Source: Phoronis australis (lineage: Eukaryota > Animalia > Phoronida). From it: 64,000 nucleotides of DNA. The first letter of the stretch is position 1. Each line of letters starts with the position of its first letter. The notes below the pieces were generated by a model. That model was not told the DNA's origin, made no database searches, and was given only the letters and a program-made list of their open reading frames with translations. Made by a program: the position numbers and the translations under genes. The stretch covers positions 216,301-280,300 of the forward strand of contig NMRA01000170.1 of assembly GCA_002633005.1 (NCBI GenBank), read 5' to 3'. Of this stretch, positions 41,501-55,012 are shown piece by piece.

Positions 41501-44500
41501 TTCACAATTTATCCCTGTTTAATTGTGCCTTATTCTACTAACAAAGAAAAAGTTTGTCTTACCTAAATGGTTAAGCTCTAAATCTACAGCTACTTGTCTC
41601 GGTGAGCTGCTTGTTACATGTGGCAACCCAGGCTGAGCTTCAGTATACACTCAGCTGCACCATGACAACACACACTCCTATTACCCAGCATGCCTCACTC
41701 ACTTGACTGTTAGGGGTCATGTGTGAGGTATAGAAAAGAGGGCATGAATAGCCTCTCATTCATCTCTTTGTATGTAGTGTGTGGTTTAGGATCCTGATTA
41801 GTTTTGTGTTTAACTCTTATTTGTGCTGCTTCCAGGCATTTTTGGGGTTAATTGTGTGACACAATATTGATATTTTTGATAGTACTGTCTATATTTGGGG
41901 AGCGTGTTCACATAAATTTACAGCAGGTTTCTAACTTATCGGATTTTTGTTTTTTATTATGAACATAAACTATAAGCAACTAACTGTGAACGTCTTCAGA
42001 ATATTTGTAGAGAAATGGTGAATTTTCAGTTTTAGTGAGCCTGCAAATTCTTCATCTCTTAATTTATGTTGTATTGTTTAGTGAATATGCATTTTAGAAT
42101 AAAAATGATTTTTTTTGCTATTTACACACAAACTCATCAGGGTATTGGTCAGACTCTGTATACTGTTACTATGTCTTGGATGAAGGACCATTAACTGCCT
42201 TGTGTTATATAATGTGCCTGATAAGGTCCTTCTAACTCTACTCAATTTAAGTTTTGTTATCTTACAAGTTGCTCAATTTTCATGCCCAATTTATATATAT
42301 ATATATATATATAGTGGTAGTTTAGTTGTTGATTGAACTCTCGATGTATATTGTGTCTCAGTTATCCAGTTCTGCTATTTTCTGACTCAGGAAGCTGACA
42401 TGAAATTTGTTGCCATTGGATTATGCTTCCTTTTGAAATTTTAATTTAAAAACTCGTATTAAATTTTTATGGAATGAATTGAGCTGGCTTTTATCATTTT
42501 TTTTTCACTTCATATTTAATTTGCAATATTTTCACTATCATAGTGTTTCTATTTTATACCCCCCCCNNNNNNNNNNNNCCCCCCCCCCCCCCCCCAATGG
42601 GCGTATACAACTGGTAATGAAGAATATATTCAGCTCTCATTCAAAGAGTTACAGATGCTGCAAAAGAATTTTGTTATTTTTAGTGACTTTATGGTATTGA
42701 AAACTTATTAGAAACATTACTTAATTAAAACATAGCGACGTGGCATCTGGATGACCGTTACAAGGACATGTAAACACCCTTCGTGGAATTTGCAGCAAAA
42801 AAGGTGTTCTGTACAGTTTCTCGTCCCCAAAATAAACCCTTCAAGAAACATTATTGAAAAACCTTGTGGAATGGTTGTACCTAATTTGTGTGGAACCCTA
42901 ATCTGTAACCTAGAGTGGCACAATGCTTTAAAGCTGAAGAACTGGACGAAATGTAGTTATAGTTAGTGGCTGTGTATCTTCTTAGTGAAACAATCAGTGG
43001 CTCCATTCAGTCCACTTTGTTAGCACGTGTAATTAGCGTGCTGTCATGCTGAATTTAAGAACCAAAATAAAAGTTCCCCCCTCAAAACATGAACCCGGAA
43101 CTTGGGTTTACAAAGACGCCATAGTATGTGGCTTTAATGTCTCAATTTAAAAAATGAGGGTGAAAGAGGAGACCAGTGGTGTCTTCAATTTAAGCTTTTG
43201 GATATATTATCCTTTTATTATTATAAAACGGGGTGTTGCCCATTGGTCTGGGTAAACACTAGCGTACATAAGATAAGGAAAAATTGCTGCTCTGGAAACC
43301 ACCTGCGTGACTTCTCGACTGAATTATCTATCCTATACAGAATCACAGTGGGATCTGACCCTGTTGATTCTTTACCCTTGAACAGGTACCTGCAGCGCTC
43401 TACACATGTTGTGAGGGGCAGCAATGGCCCCTAATATTTTCCTACAGTGCTTCAGTTGTCAAATTAGGCTCAATCATGCTCTGTCTATGGTAATGTGTTT
43501 CAAGTGTCAGTCTGTAGTTATGTCTGGTAACTGACCATTAGATTTCCCTTGAATAGACCCTGCCAGGTTGCATCTAAGATCCCTACTGTGGCATTATACA
43601 GCCACTAACTAATTGGTTGCACCAGACCTTGTCTTGCTCATCAAAGGTACTGCCAAGAGTTATTGAGTAACCAGGTGACACTTAATAGTATATTATGTTT
43701 TCTAACATACAGTTCAGTGAGTAATTGTATTGATGACATGAAAGTGACTGGGTTGAGATTTCAAAAACATAATGGTCAATAACTTATAAAGGCCTCTTTA
43801 GTAATTTGCTAGATTCAAAGTTATCTGCTCCTCTTTTTAGGTTGTCTGGTCTATCCTATTAGCTTGATATCATAACCCTTAACCTGGTATCTAAGGGAGG
43901 TTAAAGGTCACAAATGTGATTTGCCATTGGGCAAAATGTATGCCTGACTATTACATGATTTTACTGATTATTCGCCAAGTTTTTGAAGGAATATGACAAA
44001 AACATTTGTTATTAAGCTTCTAAAGGAATTTAATTTCTGGGTATCATAATCATAAAGTAATATCACATTTTACCTGTATGCCTGGTGTTTACTGCAGTAG
44101 TTTCACTTGACTGCATTGTATTTCTATGTAGAAAACCTACAGTATAAAAAGCCACTCTACTAGAAAAAAACTGAATAACATAGGAAGCAATCAAGACATA
44201 CTGCCATTGCTACCTTAAGTATTAAAACAGGTTTACCTTCAAAAGATGTCCAGAAAATCGTCTTGTGCAGTGAACAATCACAAACACGCTATGTCTTGTA
44301 GCCAAGCCAAGCTGATAAGACCTGTGTCAACAGGCTTCAGTGGTTGCTATGTTGGTTGACCTTTGACCTAATCCCTGCCAGAATAGGCATTTACAATATT
44401 ACCTGTGACTTTGGGGAAGCTTTTGAGCAAGTAGGAAAGTGTTTTGTTTAGTAATTCATAATGGCTTAATGGTGTTATAATAGTGGTGGTTTGAGATTTG

Positions 44501-47500
44501 ATGAATAGAACTCAGGGATAGCATTTTTAAGTCCATGAATAGGTTTCTAACTGGGTGTATTGATGGGTGAAGGTAAATTACCACTTTTGCTGTGGTGGTA
44601 ACGCTAATTAGCTTTTTCATGGATGTTATATTACTGTTATAAGTTGTTGCAGAAAATCATTTGTTCAGAGGAAATGTTATGGGCGCAATTGCGAATTTCC
44701 TTGGCAACACACCACACGTGGTCTTTTCATTCTCCAATAATTTGTTATTTGATTAATTATGAGAGATGGAAATGAAATGTAATAAATAATTTTTGTCCTA
44801 GATTTTTTTATAGGTGACAGTTTATTTTTCAATAGCTCTAGAGCACTTAATAGTAAAGTAAACTTGTTGTGACATTATTTAATCTTGGTGTGGTAGTTTT
44901 TCATTTATATGCATTATGCGTATAGCCTAACAGAATCATTCAGTCAATCAAAAGGTTGATGAATTTCCTCAAAGTTTCTCCAGATTCGTCGAAGTTACCA
45001 TAAAAATTGTGACGAAAATGATATGAAAATTAAAAACCGTGTGTGAATTGGTTGAACATTGTTGTTCACCAATTTTTAAACTATTGTTCTTGTTTTTCGT
45101 ATCCAACCTTTTCCACCTCTGGGATACTTCATGTTTGTATTGACCATGTTGTTTATATTTGTGTGTTTTTCACCAGGTGGCAGTACTTGACATAGATATA
45201 TGCGGCCCGTCCCTTCCACGAGTGATGGGGTTGGAAGGAGAGCAGGTAATCACCTTTGAAGAATTTGTAAATTTGTGCCTCATAAATTAAGTTGAAAAAT
45301 TTGTTTCATTGGCCTTTTTAGGAAAAATTGATACTTGTGCATCCCAAAGTGTAGATTTGTGGGATGCAAGTCATCCAATCTAGAATTATGACGATTGGCT
45401 CCTCGGTAAGCTGGCAGCTGATTTTGGATACGTGTGTTCTCGCTTCTGTGATAAAATGAACTTCTTTATGCTGGAATTACTAATGAAGTGATTTCTACAT
45501 ATCGTTCACCTATGTGTACTAGCAGTGCTGTTTAGAATGGCGGCTATCCCACAATTCTCGACTTCTCACGTTTTCTAAAAGTTGCTGTGTTGTAGAAGGT
45601 GGGTTCTGCCAGCCTGGCACTTTTAGAAGCAATATAACATACATTGATAAGTTTGTTTCCCCCTCCAAGACCACCCCTGCATGACGTGACCTCTAGGTTA
45701 ACTGATTTTCTTTCTGGCATGCGACTGCTTTTAGATAACCATTACCTCAGTGTTTTGCATTCAAAAGGCTAATGGGCGAGAAATAATTAGAAGTAGACTG
45801 GTCCAAGGTTTCAGGTAACCTAAAATATATTCGTGACTCAAAATATTTGGCCTCCAGGTATATAGCTCTGATAGCTCTGCTTTATTACAACTGTTCATTT
45901 TGTTACATTTGTAACATAATGAATTGGGGCACACATTGTGGCCCAGTTCCTTACAACAGTATGGGCTGTCATAACAAATCAGGGTCCAGTATTGTGAACT
46001 GGGATTGCTTTTCAGTATTAAAGATGTTTTTAGGTTGCATAGCATACTGATTGAATTATTTTTACAACAACAACAAGGTCACGATGACTCATAACTGGCT
46101 CGGTTGATCTTTGGAGATCATTTTTGTCAACTTTTGCTCCAAGAGTAAGAATTACCCTATTCTGTATAAACCGGAGATTACCAATTCTCTTGTTAGCAAA
46201 GCTTTAGGTTTCCTCAGAGCAATAAAAATAAGCTTTGCTAATAAAGGAATTGGCGATCACCAGTTTATACAAAGTCTGGTATGAGCTTTAAGTGTAGAGC
46301 ACAATAATGTTACTTACGCGCAACTGTTTTGTAGATATTCAAACTTGGAGTCACTTTCCTCTGATCAACACAGCAGAGATTGTCCCTTTCAAATCCATGC
46401 TCTCTATCCCTCATTTGTTGTAGTATCACTATCACCATGGTGATGTGTCGGCTTACAACCTTCTGTTGTCTGCCTTCCAGATTACATCTCCCATTTATTT
46501 TAATTGTCCATTTATAAAACATGCTGTAAATTTTTTAATCTTTGCACAGTTACTCTGAGTATAATGGCGTATAATCCTTTGACTTGTTAGTCGTGCCTGA
46601 TTTTGGAGTTATCAGGATTCACGGTTTTTCTTACACTTTTTTGTAGTTTTGCAAACATGTGATGAAAACGTATGTATTTTTTAAACAAAATGAGACACAA
46701 GTCATGCCGAAAGCCTACTGTCGGGGATTTTGTCTGGCTGCGGGCAGAATTGTGAGTCGTTTATATCAGTTTTGCCTTGTCTGCTGAATGCCTTTAATTT
46801 CTATACACCCACATATACATGCATACATACATACACACAGCTACTTACGTGCTTACAGACTGACATATAGATCTAGTCTGACATATTATTTGCCTGGTCA
46901 CATTGTCGTCATCCTGTCCGGGTGTCCACTTTTGTTCCAACCGGTCATTTACTGATTACCAACTCATTTCTGATAAATCAAACAAAGTTCATGACCTAAT
47001 AGTAAAAAAGTTAATGCAAAGCAACTTTTTATGGCTGTTTCTTGTACAAATGTCCTTATAGTTTATGTCACTGCTGAAATATTTGCAGTTGTCCCAACAT
47101 ACCGTAATAACTTCGCGCAGCTGTAAGCATGAATTATCGATAGATCTACTTCATTGTCAGTTAAAACAGAGTAGTAATGCCTACCTTTATTATTTTTCTT
47201 TAAAAATATACAATCATGGCCAAAATTGGTGCTTGTTTTCTGAAACTGCTGCAGTGATAAAAACAAGGCACTGGAAAACACATAACTAGGTTCTTCAAGT
47301 TGCATTAATCCACCCACTTTTATGAAGTTGTTATCAGTATTGGTTGCTGATTAATAATGAATGCAAAACCTATAACCAAGTTGGATTTCTGTTAAACTGA
47401 CTTAGGAGTAGGCGTAGGTCTACTGGCTAAGAGAGTACGCCGGCTATGAGAGTACTCCCCGATCTCACCTTGGGATTATTCTTGCTGATCTTGAGAGTAC

Positions 47501-50500
47501 CCCTTAAGCTGGCAATGGGAAGCACCCATGGAGTAATTATTATGACAATTATTATCACAATAGCCTGTTTTATTACATTTGTATAAAACGTGTCATTTTG
47601 ATCAATTGGGACCTATTGTAGCTCTCCGTCTGTGGTGTCTCTTAAACATGGTGTGACTTAGACTTTGATTTAAGACTGTCTGTCTGTTGCATGATATATT
47701 TCTGTTCCCAGGTTCACCAGAGTGGGTCTGGATGGTCTCCTGTGGTAAGTGATAATGGAATGTTCACTATTCTTCTTATTTGAAAAAGTAACTAATTCGG
47801 TGTCCGTTAACTACTGAAGCTGGTGTGAAATGTTCAGTTGATGTTCCAACGTTCATCGATGTTCATTTTGTACCGTAGTCAATTAGATGTGAACAAGCCT
47901 TTAAAGGACTTATTAAGTGCTTGATTTGACAAGTGACTACATTGTCAGCATCATTAAACCTTTCTTTATAGCATTGCACATCACAACCGTGAATTCGATA
48001 TACCAAAAATGAGAAAATAGAAGAAAATAGATTTTATCTGAACATTTTTAGCTCCACGGACATGAGTGTGATGTATGAAAGTACCCCAGCACCAGTGTGT
48101 CATGTCCACCAACACCCGAGTTTCTTGTACAAACATGTGCCATATCCATGCTTCTTTGGTGTCCCGCCAGAAAGTGGAAAAAGCCTGAGTGAGCTCAAAT
48201 ACTGAGTTATCACAACCACCACATACGCTATGCCTTACCCTTCATTACTATACCTTAAACTATAGGAAAACAAACTGCAATATTTGATGAGTTTTCATAC
48301 TGAACACTATGATGTATGACCAATGCTGATCGATTTTATGCATTGGATTTTCAAAAAAAATCCGTAAAATTCTATGAAGGATATTAAGTGCATAGTTACA
48401 CACTAGAATTTCAATTACACTTGAATGGTTTTGAATTTGAAGTCAATTTGATGGACTTTAAGTAATTAACAGTGAATCGCTGGTGGTAGTCTGTCATCTA
48501 AATTATGATTAAATTGTACATCAGAATGATATTATGATAAAATCCCACTAATTTCAATTTAAAGTAATTGCTGAAATGGCCTCCTCTTCATTTTTCAAGG
48601 TCTTTCATAATCCCCACAGTTTTTCAAAAAATTCCTGCTGGTACCTATAGCACATGACTTCAACATAGTACGGCCCTAACTTGGTGCAGAGCTGCTGCTT
48701 GTCTTTTAAAAAAAATGAATTCTGCATGTCCATCAAATTGTGTCCTTAATTGGTGATATTTTATTGTGAAATTGGCGTTAATTGGCTAATGAATATTCTT
48801 CTTAATTATTTCAGTATGTGCAGGATAATCTGGGTGTTATGTCTGTTGGATTTCTGCTTGGTAGTCTTGATGATGCAGTCATATGGAGAGGTCCTAAGAA
48901 AAATGGTAACTTTGTTATCAAATTAGAGTCACCTAAATCATTTGTTCACTTCCCTAGATTTGTGTCTAAATCTGAGTCTCTTTGCTTATCATGAAATTGT
49001 TTCCATGCCAAATTGCAAATTACGTTTTTTCTTTTAATTTACACGATAGATCAGTACGCAAGCTATAAAATTGAGAACCCCCATGTCCATTGTGACCTGT
49101 TCAATGATTTCTATACAGAAAAGACATGATGCGGATTTTCTAGGAAACACTGCAATTCTTGTTGATCTTTCTGTATTTCAAACAGTCATATAATCTTATT
49201 CTAGTAGGAAATAGAGGATTTGCTAGTTGAAAATTTAAAGTTTAGTTATCGAATTCTGCTAGTGAGTATCGAGGATGCTTAGAGAAAATAATTCGACGAA
49301 TACACATTTACCATGATTTTTTATGTTAACTTTATAACCTATTTATTGTTTGGTGCAAAGGACTGACCAATGAGAAACTAGATAGGGACGGAAAGTGTGG
49401 TGTCACTTTACTGGGGCAGTCTACGAGAGTTTGTAATCTTGGTTCAATTCCTTGCTGCTTCTTTATGGGTAAATTACATTTGGTCAAAAGTTGTAACTGG
49501 AAAGTCACCAGTTTAACTCTGTTTTAGAGCACGTGTGATTAGTATGATAATCTGTGCTGTATATAGATCACATGGCATGAGCTTCAGATTCTGAAAAGCT
49601 AGTTTTGCTGAATTCTTCCGGTTTGAACAAACATGCTAGTGCAAAGGAATAGGCCACCGCTGTATTGTTGTCTCTAATTTGGAGTAGTTGCTAGGGTGTG
49701 ACGTAATCACTTTTCATCCCAATTGAGGGACTACCTGAATGAATGTAGTTATGCTGGCAAGACTGGTATTTCACTAGCGCCACCTAGTAGTGTGATGATG
49801 TATTTTGTAGGTTTAATCAAACAGTTTCTCAGAGATGTCGACTGGGGCGAGGTTGATTACTTGGTGATAGACACGCCTCCTGGTACATCGGATGAACACA
49901 TTTCTGTCGCCCAATATCTCAAATCTGCCAACATAGATGGCGCTGTCATCATCACTACTCCTCAGGTTTGTTGGTAGAGGGGGTTGTCATAAACAGTGAT
50001 GTTGAAATAATCTCGTAAAAGTCAGTTGTACCTCATTTTGTAATTTCAGAACATGCTGTGAATAAAGATAACAATTTTCTAAAATGTAGCGACATGTTTT
50101 GGCGGTAAAACATCCACCATTGTCAAGCTTTATTCAGAGAATGGATGCCAAGATGGCTACAGGTACAATACACAGAAAATTCCAAAACACAAAAATACCA
50201 GAACGCAATTGGCTAGCAATCAGCGAATCACAGCTCAGTGTAACAGTGTCAACGACTCACGGGAAACCTGTGCATGGAGTGATGGCGTTTCTGAAGGCCG
50301 AATGTGGATGGCTTCACGCAGTTTCAAGCCATAGCAATTTGTATCACTGTCAATAGTCATTAATATGTGTTCCCCAACAGTCTTTCTACCAACAGCATTG
50401 TTTTCCAAGTGCGAATTCTTATCGTCGCTAACTAGGTGTTCCTTCGTCCTTGTAGTCGAGTGGCGAGTTTTCTCACCAGTAAAAGTTGCTTGACAAGTAC

Positions 50501-53500
50501 TACAGTCAAATTTATACACTACATGGCATCGATTCTCTGAATAAAGCTTGACAATGATTGGGTGTTCTACTGACGTGGCATGTTCCTACATTTTAGAAAA
50601 GTTCTTGTCTTTATTCAAACTGCTCAACTTACTCCTTATTTAGATCAGACACGATTCCTTGACTTGGGAAGAACTGACAGTGTAATATGGCTTGAGATCA
50701 GACTAAATTGACTTGTCACGGTGTGTCACTTTATGTGCTGAACATAGTTTTGAGTGAGTATTACTGAACTGTCAGTTGTTCCATAGTCCTGTAATCATTC
50801 CTCATCTAAGTGAGGACTGCATTGAAACAAACTTTATAGCAGAAAGGGGTCTAAATCAAAAGTGGAACTGCCATGCTGAAATACTATTGGTTGTCACGGC
50901 TGGGTAGGGTTTTCATCATTTGGTATTGCCTCAGGAGCCCAGATTCTTAGGTATTGCATGATCTAGTTTTTGTATGCGCAGTGGCATACCTCACCTTTTA
51001 TGTGGGATGCAACAATCATTTCCTTGCCTTAATATCTAACACTTTATGTAACTGAATTCAAATTTGGTTTCATTTTTGCAACAACAATGCAACTTTATTT
51101 CAGCAACTATTATCCCAGCATTTGTATACATTTGTTTATGAGGGTGCACATTTTCCAATCCTGTAGGGGCAATAGGCACATGGTAGCCTCAACTAAATTT
51201 GAACTTTTTTAGTTTGCATGATGATAATCTACCTTCAAATTGATTACTTGGTTTTCAGGAAGTGTCTTTACAAGATGTTAGAAAGGAAATCACCTTTTGT
51301 CGGAAAGTGAACATGCCCATATTAGGAGTTGTGGAGAACATGAGTGGATTTGTTTGTCCAAAGTGTAAGGTAACTGACTTTCTTTATAAAAGAATTTAAG
51401 AGATCTTCAGGCCTGTGATTTGTTAAGTTTTCATTTCAAGTGCTGTCGTTTGTTTTAACTTCCTGAAAATTATTCGGAAGTTGACGTGAAATTGTTGGTT
51501 GAATGATGGATATTTGATTCTGTTTCTGCTTGTTTTGGCTTCTCAGTAATATTGCCTGATTGCAGAATGAGTCAGCTATATTTCCACCGACAACCGGCGG
51601 GGCAGAGAAAATGTGTCAGGATTTGGATGTGACATTTCTAGGAAAGCTTCCTCTGGATCCACGAATAGGTGGGTTTTTTGAAGGAGTACATTCTTACAGT
51701 GCATTACTTAAAATTAGTACCATAGATTTGATGGTCCCTGTCTATTCTGGCTCATTAGAAGTCATAAATGACTCGTAAGGAGTAACCATAGCCAAATTTT
51801 TTCCTGAGGCCAGAACAGCTGCTTTGAGTTATGCAATTTCTGTCTGGATAATGGTGTGCCTATTTCTATGACACATAGCATACATCTGGGGTGTCAAGTT
51901 CCTCCAGAAAGAAGTTTATGAGAAAAACGCATTGTGCTGGCTTTGTTATTTTCAGTCTTCGATTTAATGTAACTCTCACAGTTGGACAATTTTTTCATTC
52001 AAAGTTCCTGAAACGTTTTTATGCACCCACAAATTATTTATATGTGGGTGTATATTGTCATCATCTCTGTCCTGCGTCCACAGCTTTATCTCCTAAACCC
52101 CTCACAGGATCTTGCTGAAATTTGGCACATGTGTTCTTATGAAACTGACGACGGTTGATGACGAATTTTGGACAGATCCCACCAACGGTGTTCCCCCTAG
52201 TGGTAATTTTAGTTTTTTACGTTTATCTCAGTCTATATCTTCAAAGTTTCTTTGCGGATTTTCATGAAATTTGGCACATAGGCATCTATTAATTAGATGT
52301 AGTTATCCTCTTGTTTTGGGATGGATTCAAGATATTATGTGCCACCTAGTGGCCATTTTTACTGTTTTCGAGTCTGTTTTTGGTGTGCGCCCCTCTATCA
52401 ACCAAACCACTCTAAGGACGATTGTGACAATTAGCGTATTTATGTTCTTAATGGGAAGAGGATGGTTGACGATTTTTGACGATTTCTTCAAATGTGGCAC
52501 CTCGTTTTTTTCCATTACCCTCTGTTTCTCTTAAGTTCCTTGATGGATTTTTATTAAATTTGTTAAATAGCTTTCTCAAAAGAAATGATAACTTATTCCC
52601 GTTTTCAAATGGATTCAACATATTTTTTGCCATCTAGTGGCCATTGTTAGTGTTTTTTAGTCTGTTTTGGCATCCGGCCCTCTATCAACCATATATGACA
52701 TATAGATGCTCTTAGTGGAAAGAGGACGGTTGCCAATGATTTTCTGACAACTGTGACTACTGTGGCACCTCCTAGTGGCAGCTTTGTCTTTTGTTCCCAT
52801 AGCTGTATCTCCTAAACCTGCTGCAAGATCTTTATTAAATGTAGCAAGTGTATTTATATGAAGTTGACAACCGACGACGACGACTTTCAGAAGGATCCAA
52901 CGAATACTGTGCCCCCTAGTGACAATTTCTTTGTTTCTCTGATGGTCCTTGGCAGATTTTTATGAAATTTGGTGAATAATTTTCTAATAAAGAAACTGAT
53001 ACAATGACATGTTCCTATTTTTAGATGGATATGACATATTTTGCATCATCTGGTGGCCATTTTCATGGTAGAAATAAACACCCCTAGAAGTACACCATAT
53101 GTGGTGCTTTTGTGGACACATATCAACGCCCCGCGTAGCTCTTGTTCCTTTAGATGATGGCAAAAACAACTTTGTCATTCTGTGAAAGTGCGAATTTAAA
53201 ACTTAGCAGTGGACAACCATAACCAAATTGGACATTTGAGACGCACAATGAATATCTCCCGCTTAGGGATCGGGCTCAAAACCTGAAGTGCTGACACCAG
53301 GCAAGGCTGATCATTCTTGACAGTATTGAGCAAAACTCGGATCACTCATCTCAGGAGAAAACTTGGCAGGTCATCCAAACAAGAACAGATTGATTCCCAA
53401 ATTACAATCATTCTCTTTTACCTTTAATTCTGTGTTGATGTCCGCTGAGTAATGGCTATACTGGTTTTGATCCCTAGAAGCATACTTTTTGCTGTGCACT

Positions 53501-55012
53501 TGTGTTCGCATTTCAGTGCCCCTGTTGTTTTTGTTGTCTTGTTTCTTTTTCTGTTTTTTGACGTTGGCCTCGGTATCTTTCAAACTGCTCGAAGAATTAT
53601 TATGAAATTTCACAGATGTGTTGCTTGAGATGGGCACAAACAGACATTGATATTTGGACTGGTTGGACAACTGTGGTGCCCCCCGTGGCAATCTTGCTTT
53701 CCTTGATGCACTGACATTGTCTGCTCTGTTTGTGGTCATAGTTCATGATTTCCATTATGTTTGATTGGTCAGATCATGAACAGCGACATCTGTTATTCAT
53801 GTGTCATGAATGAGTAGTGATATAGCACACTAATTTGATCAATATTATGTTTAGCGTTTCCGCCAATAAGAGGGCAGAAGTATCTGATCAGTGGTCTTGT
53901 TGTAAAACGTGTACAGTTGCTGAAGTCAATCAATCAATTAATCTAAATATTATGTGATTTTGCTTGCAGGAAGATGTTGCGATGAGGGAAAATCATTTCT
54001 GTCTGAAATACCCGAATCTCCAGCTGCCAAAGCATTTACAGAAATTATTAATGGTGCGTGTACTTGACTTTTGTAAAGTAATGTTAAAGATGTCTTCTGA
54101 AGCATAGCGTACGGGAAATATGGTACCCAACAATAATTGATTTAGTTGGGCAAATGGGTGTTTTGCATAGGAAATATGTGATTGTACAAGACAACTGACT
54201 GTAAATTGTCGCCATGTTTGCTGCTGGAGATGGTACAAATGGTGGCAGGGAGGGGAAGAGGAATTCGTGAAGACAATATAATTATCATGTATAATTGTTG
54301 TGGATTAGATAGCAACAGGCTCCAAAAGACATGTGTCTGGGGGTATTTTCTCGGAATTTTTGTGTGAGTGTCCAGAGAGTGGCCTATTTAGAGCTTATTT
54401 TTGGAGGTAATTTTTTTCTACAATATTACTATCAGCATTGTCTTTATTCCCTGTTGGACTTTTAGAATAAAAAGCCCAATTTGTAAATATTTGCTAAAAG
54501 CTTGAGTATACTTGAAAGTATAAGGATCCCCATATTTAAAAAATGGAAATAAAAACATAATTATCATTTCTGTGAACTGGGCATTCATTACGAAATTCAA
54601 TTATCTCTTTCACAGTATAGAAACTTCCCTCTTCCTGATTCTTAAGTAACGATTACCAGTAACCTATTTGTTCGACACAAGTGAAACAAAAAGGGATTGG
54701 TCATATTAGTCAGAGTAAACACCGGGCTTGCCTACAAACCAAGTTTTGTTTTCAAGGAATTTAATTTTCTAGTAGACTCCATGTAAGATAAAGCTCAAAG
54801 AACAATGCGACAAGTTTCTTTCAGTGAGTCACGGGTCAGCCACATATGCAGTGAGATTAAAAGAGGGGTCGCATTTCAGTCATTGCAGTAACCTACTGTG
54901 CCTTTATCTTACATGAAATGACTGGTAGCTATTGGTTCAATTTTCAGCCCTACAAGCCCATTGCGAAAAGCGTGCAAAGGAAAGCGAAACTGGAGAATTG
55001 GTTAGCCAGTAA
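38531..55012 (+). CDS. NUBP1: Cytosolic Fe-S cluster assembly factor NUBP1 (Nbp35), 11 exons, 326 aa
   Basis: Exons 38531-38561, 38805-38909, 39369-39502, 45177-45245, 47712-47744, 48815-48905, 49811-49965, 51259-51369, 51566-51668, 53970-54053, 54948-55012; 981 nt, in phase. N-terminal CPG...[11 protein letters not shown], deviant P-loop [33 protein letters not shown] and [11 protein letters not shown]. Confidence 0.95.
46154..46280. mobile_element. Palindromic MITE (about 125 bp) in NUBP1 intron 4
   Basis: The arm TGTATAAACCGGAGATTACCAATTCTCTTGTTAGCAAAGCTT matches the reverse complement of 46230-46271 (TGTATAAACTGGTGATCGCCAATTCCTTTATTAGCAAAGCTT). Confidence 0.7.
50059..50617 (-). mobile_element. 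Penelope-like retroelement 3' fragment (GIY-YIG endonuclease) with inverted pseudo-LTR arms
   Basis: ORF 50235-50519 [28 protein letters not shown]...[10 protein letters not shown]...PSL matches the PLE GIY-YIG pattern. 50059-50150 and 50524-50617 are inverted copies of each other. Confidence 0.8.
52075..53230. repeat. Degenerate array of about 145-bp subrepeats (TE-derived) in NUBP1 intron 9
   Basis: GAAATTTGGCACA or ATTAAATTTG recurs at 52117, 52266, 52553 and 52965. CCCTAGTGG or CTAGTGGCCA recurs at 52195, 52346, 52634, 52772 and 52914. A related piece lies at 53560-53700. Confidence 0.7.

Noticed and set aside
42561-42595. Poly-C tract and poly-Pro ORF
   Set aside because: It is an assembly gap (Ns) in a homopolymer within a NUBP1 intron.
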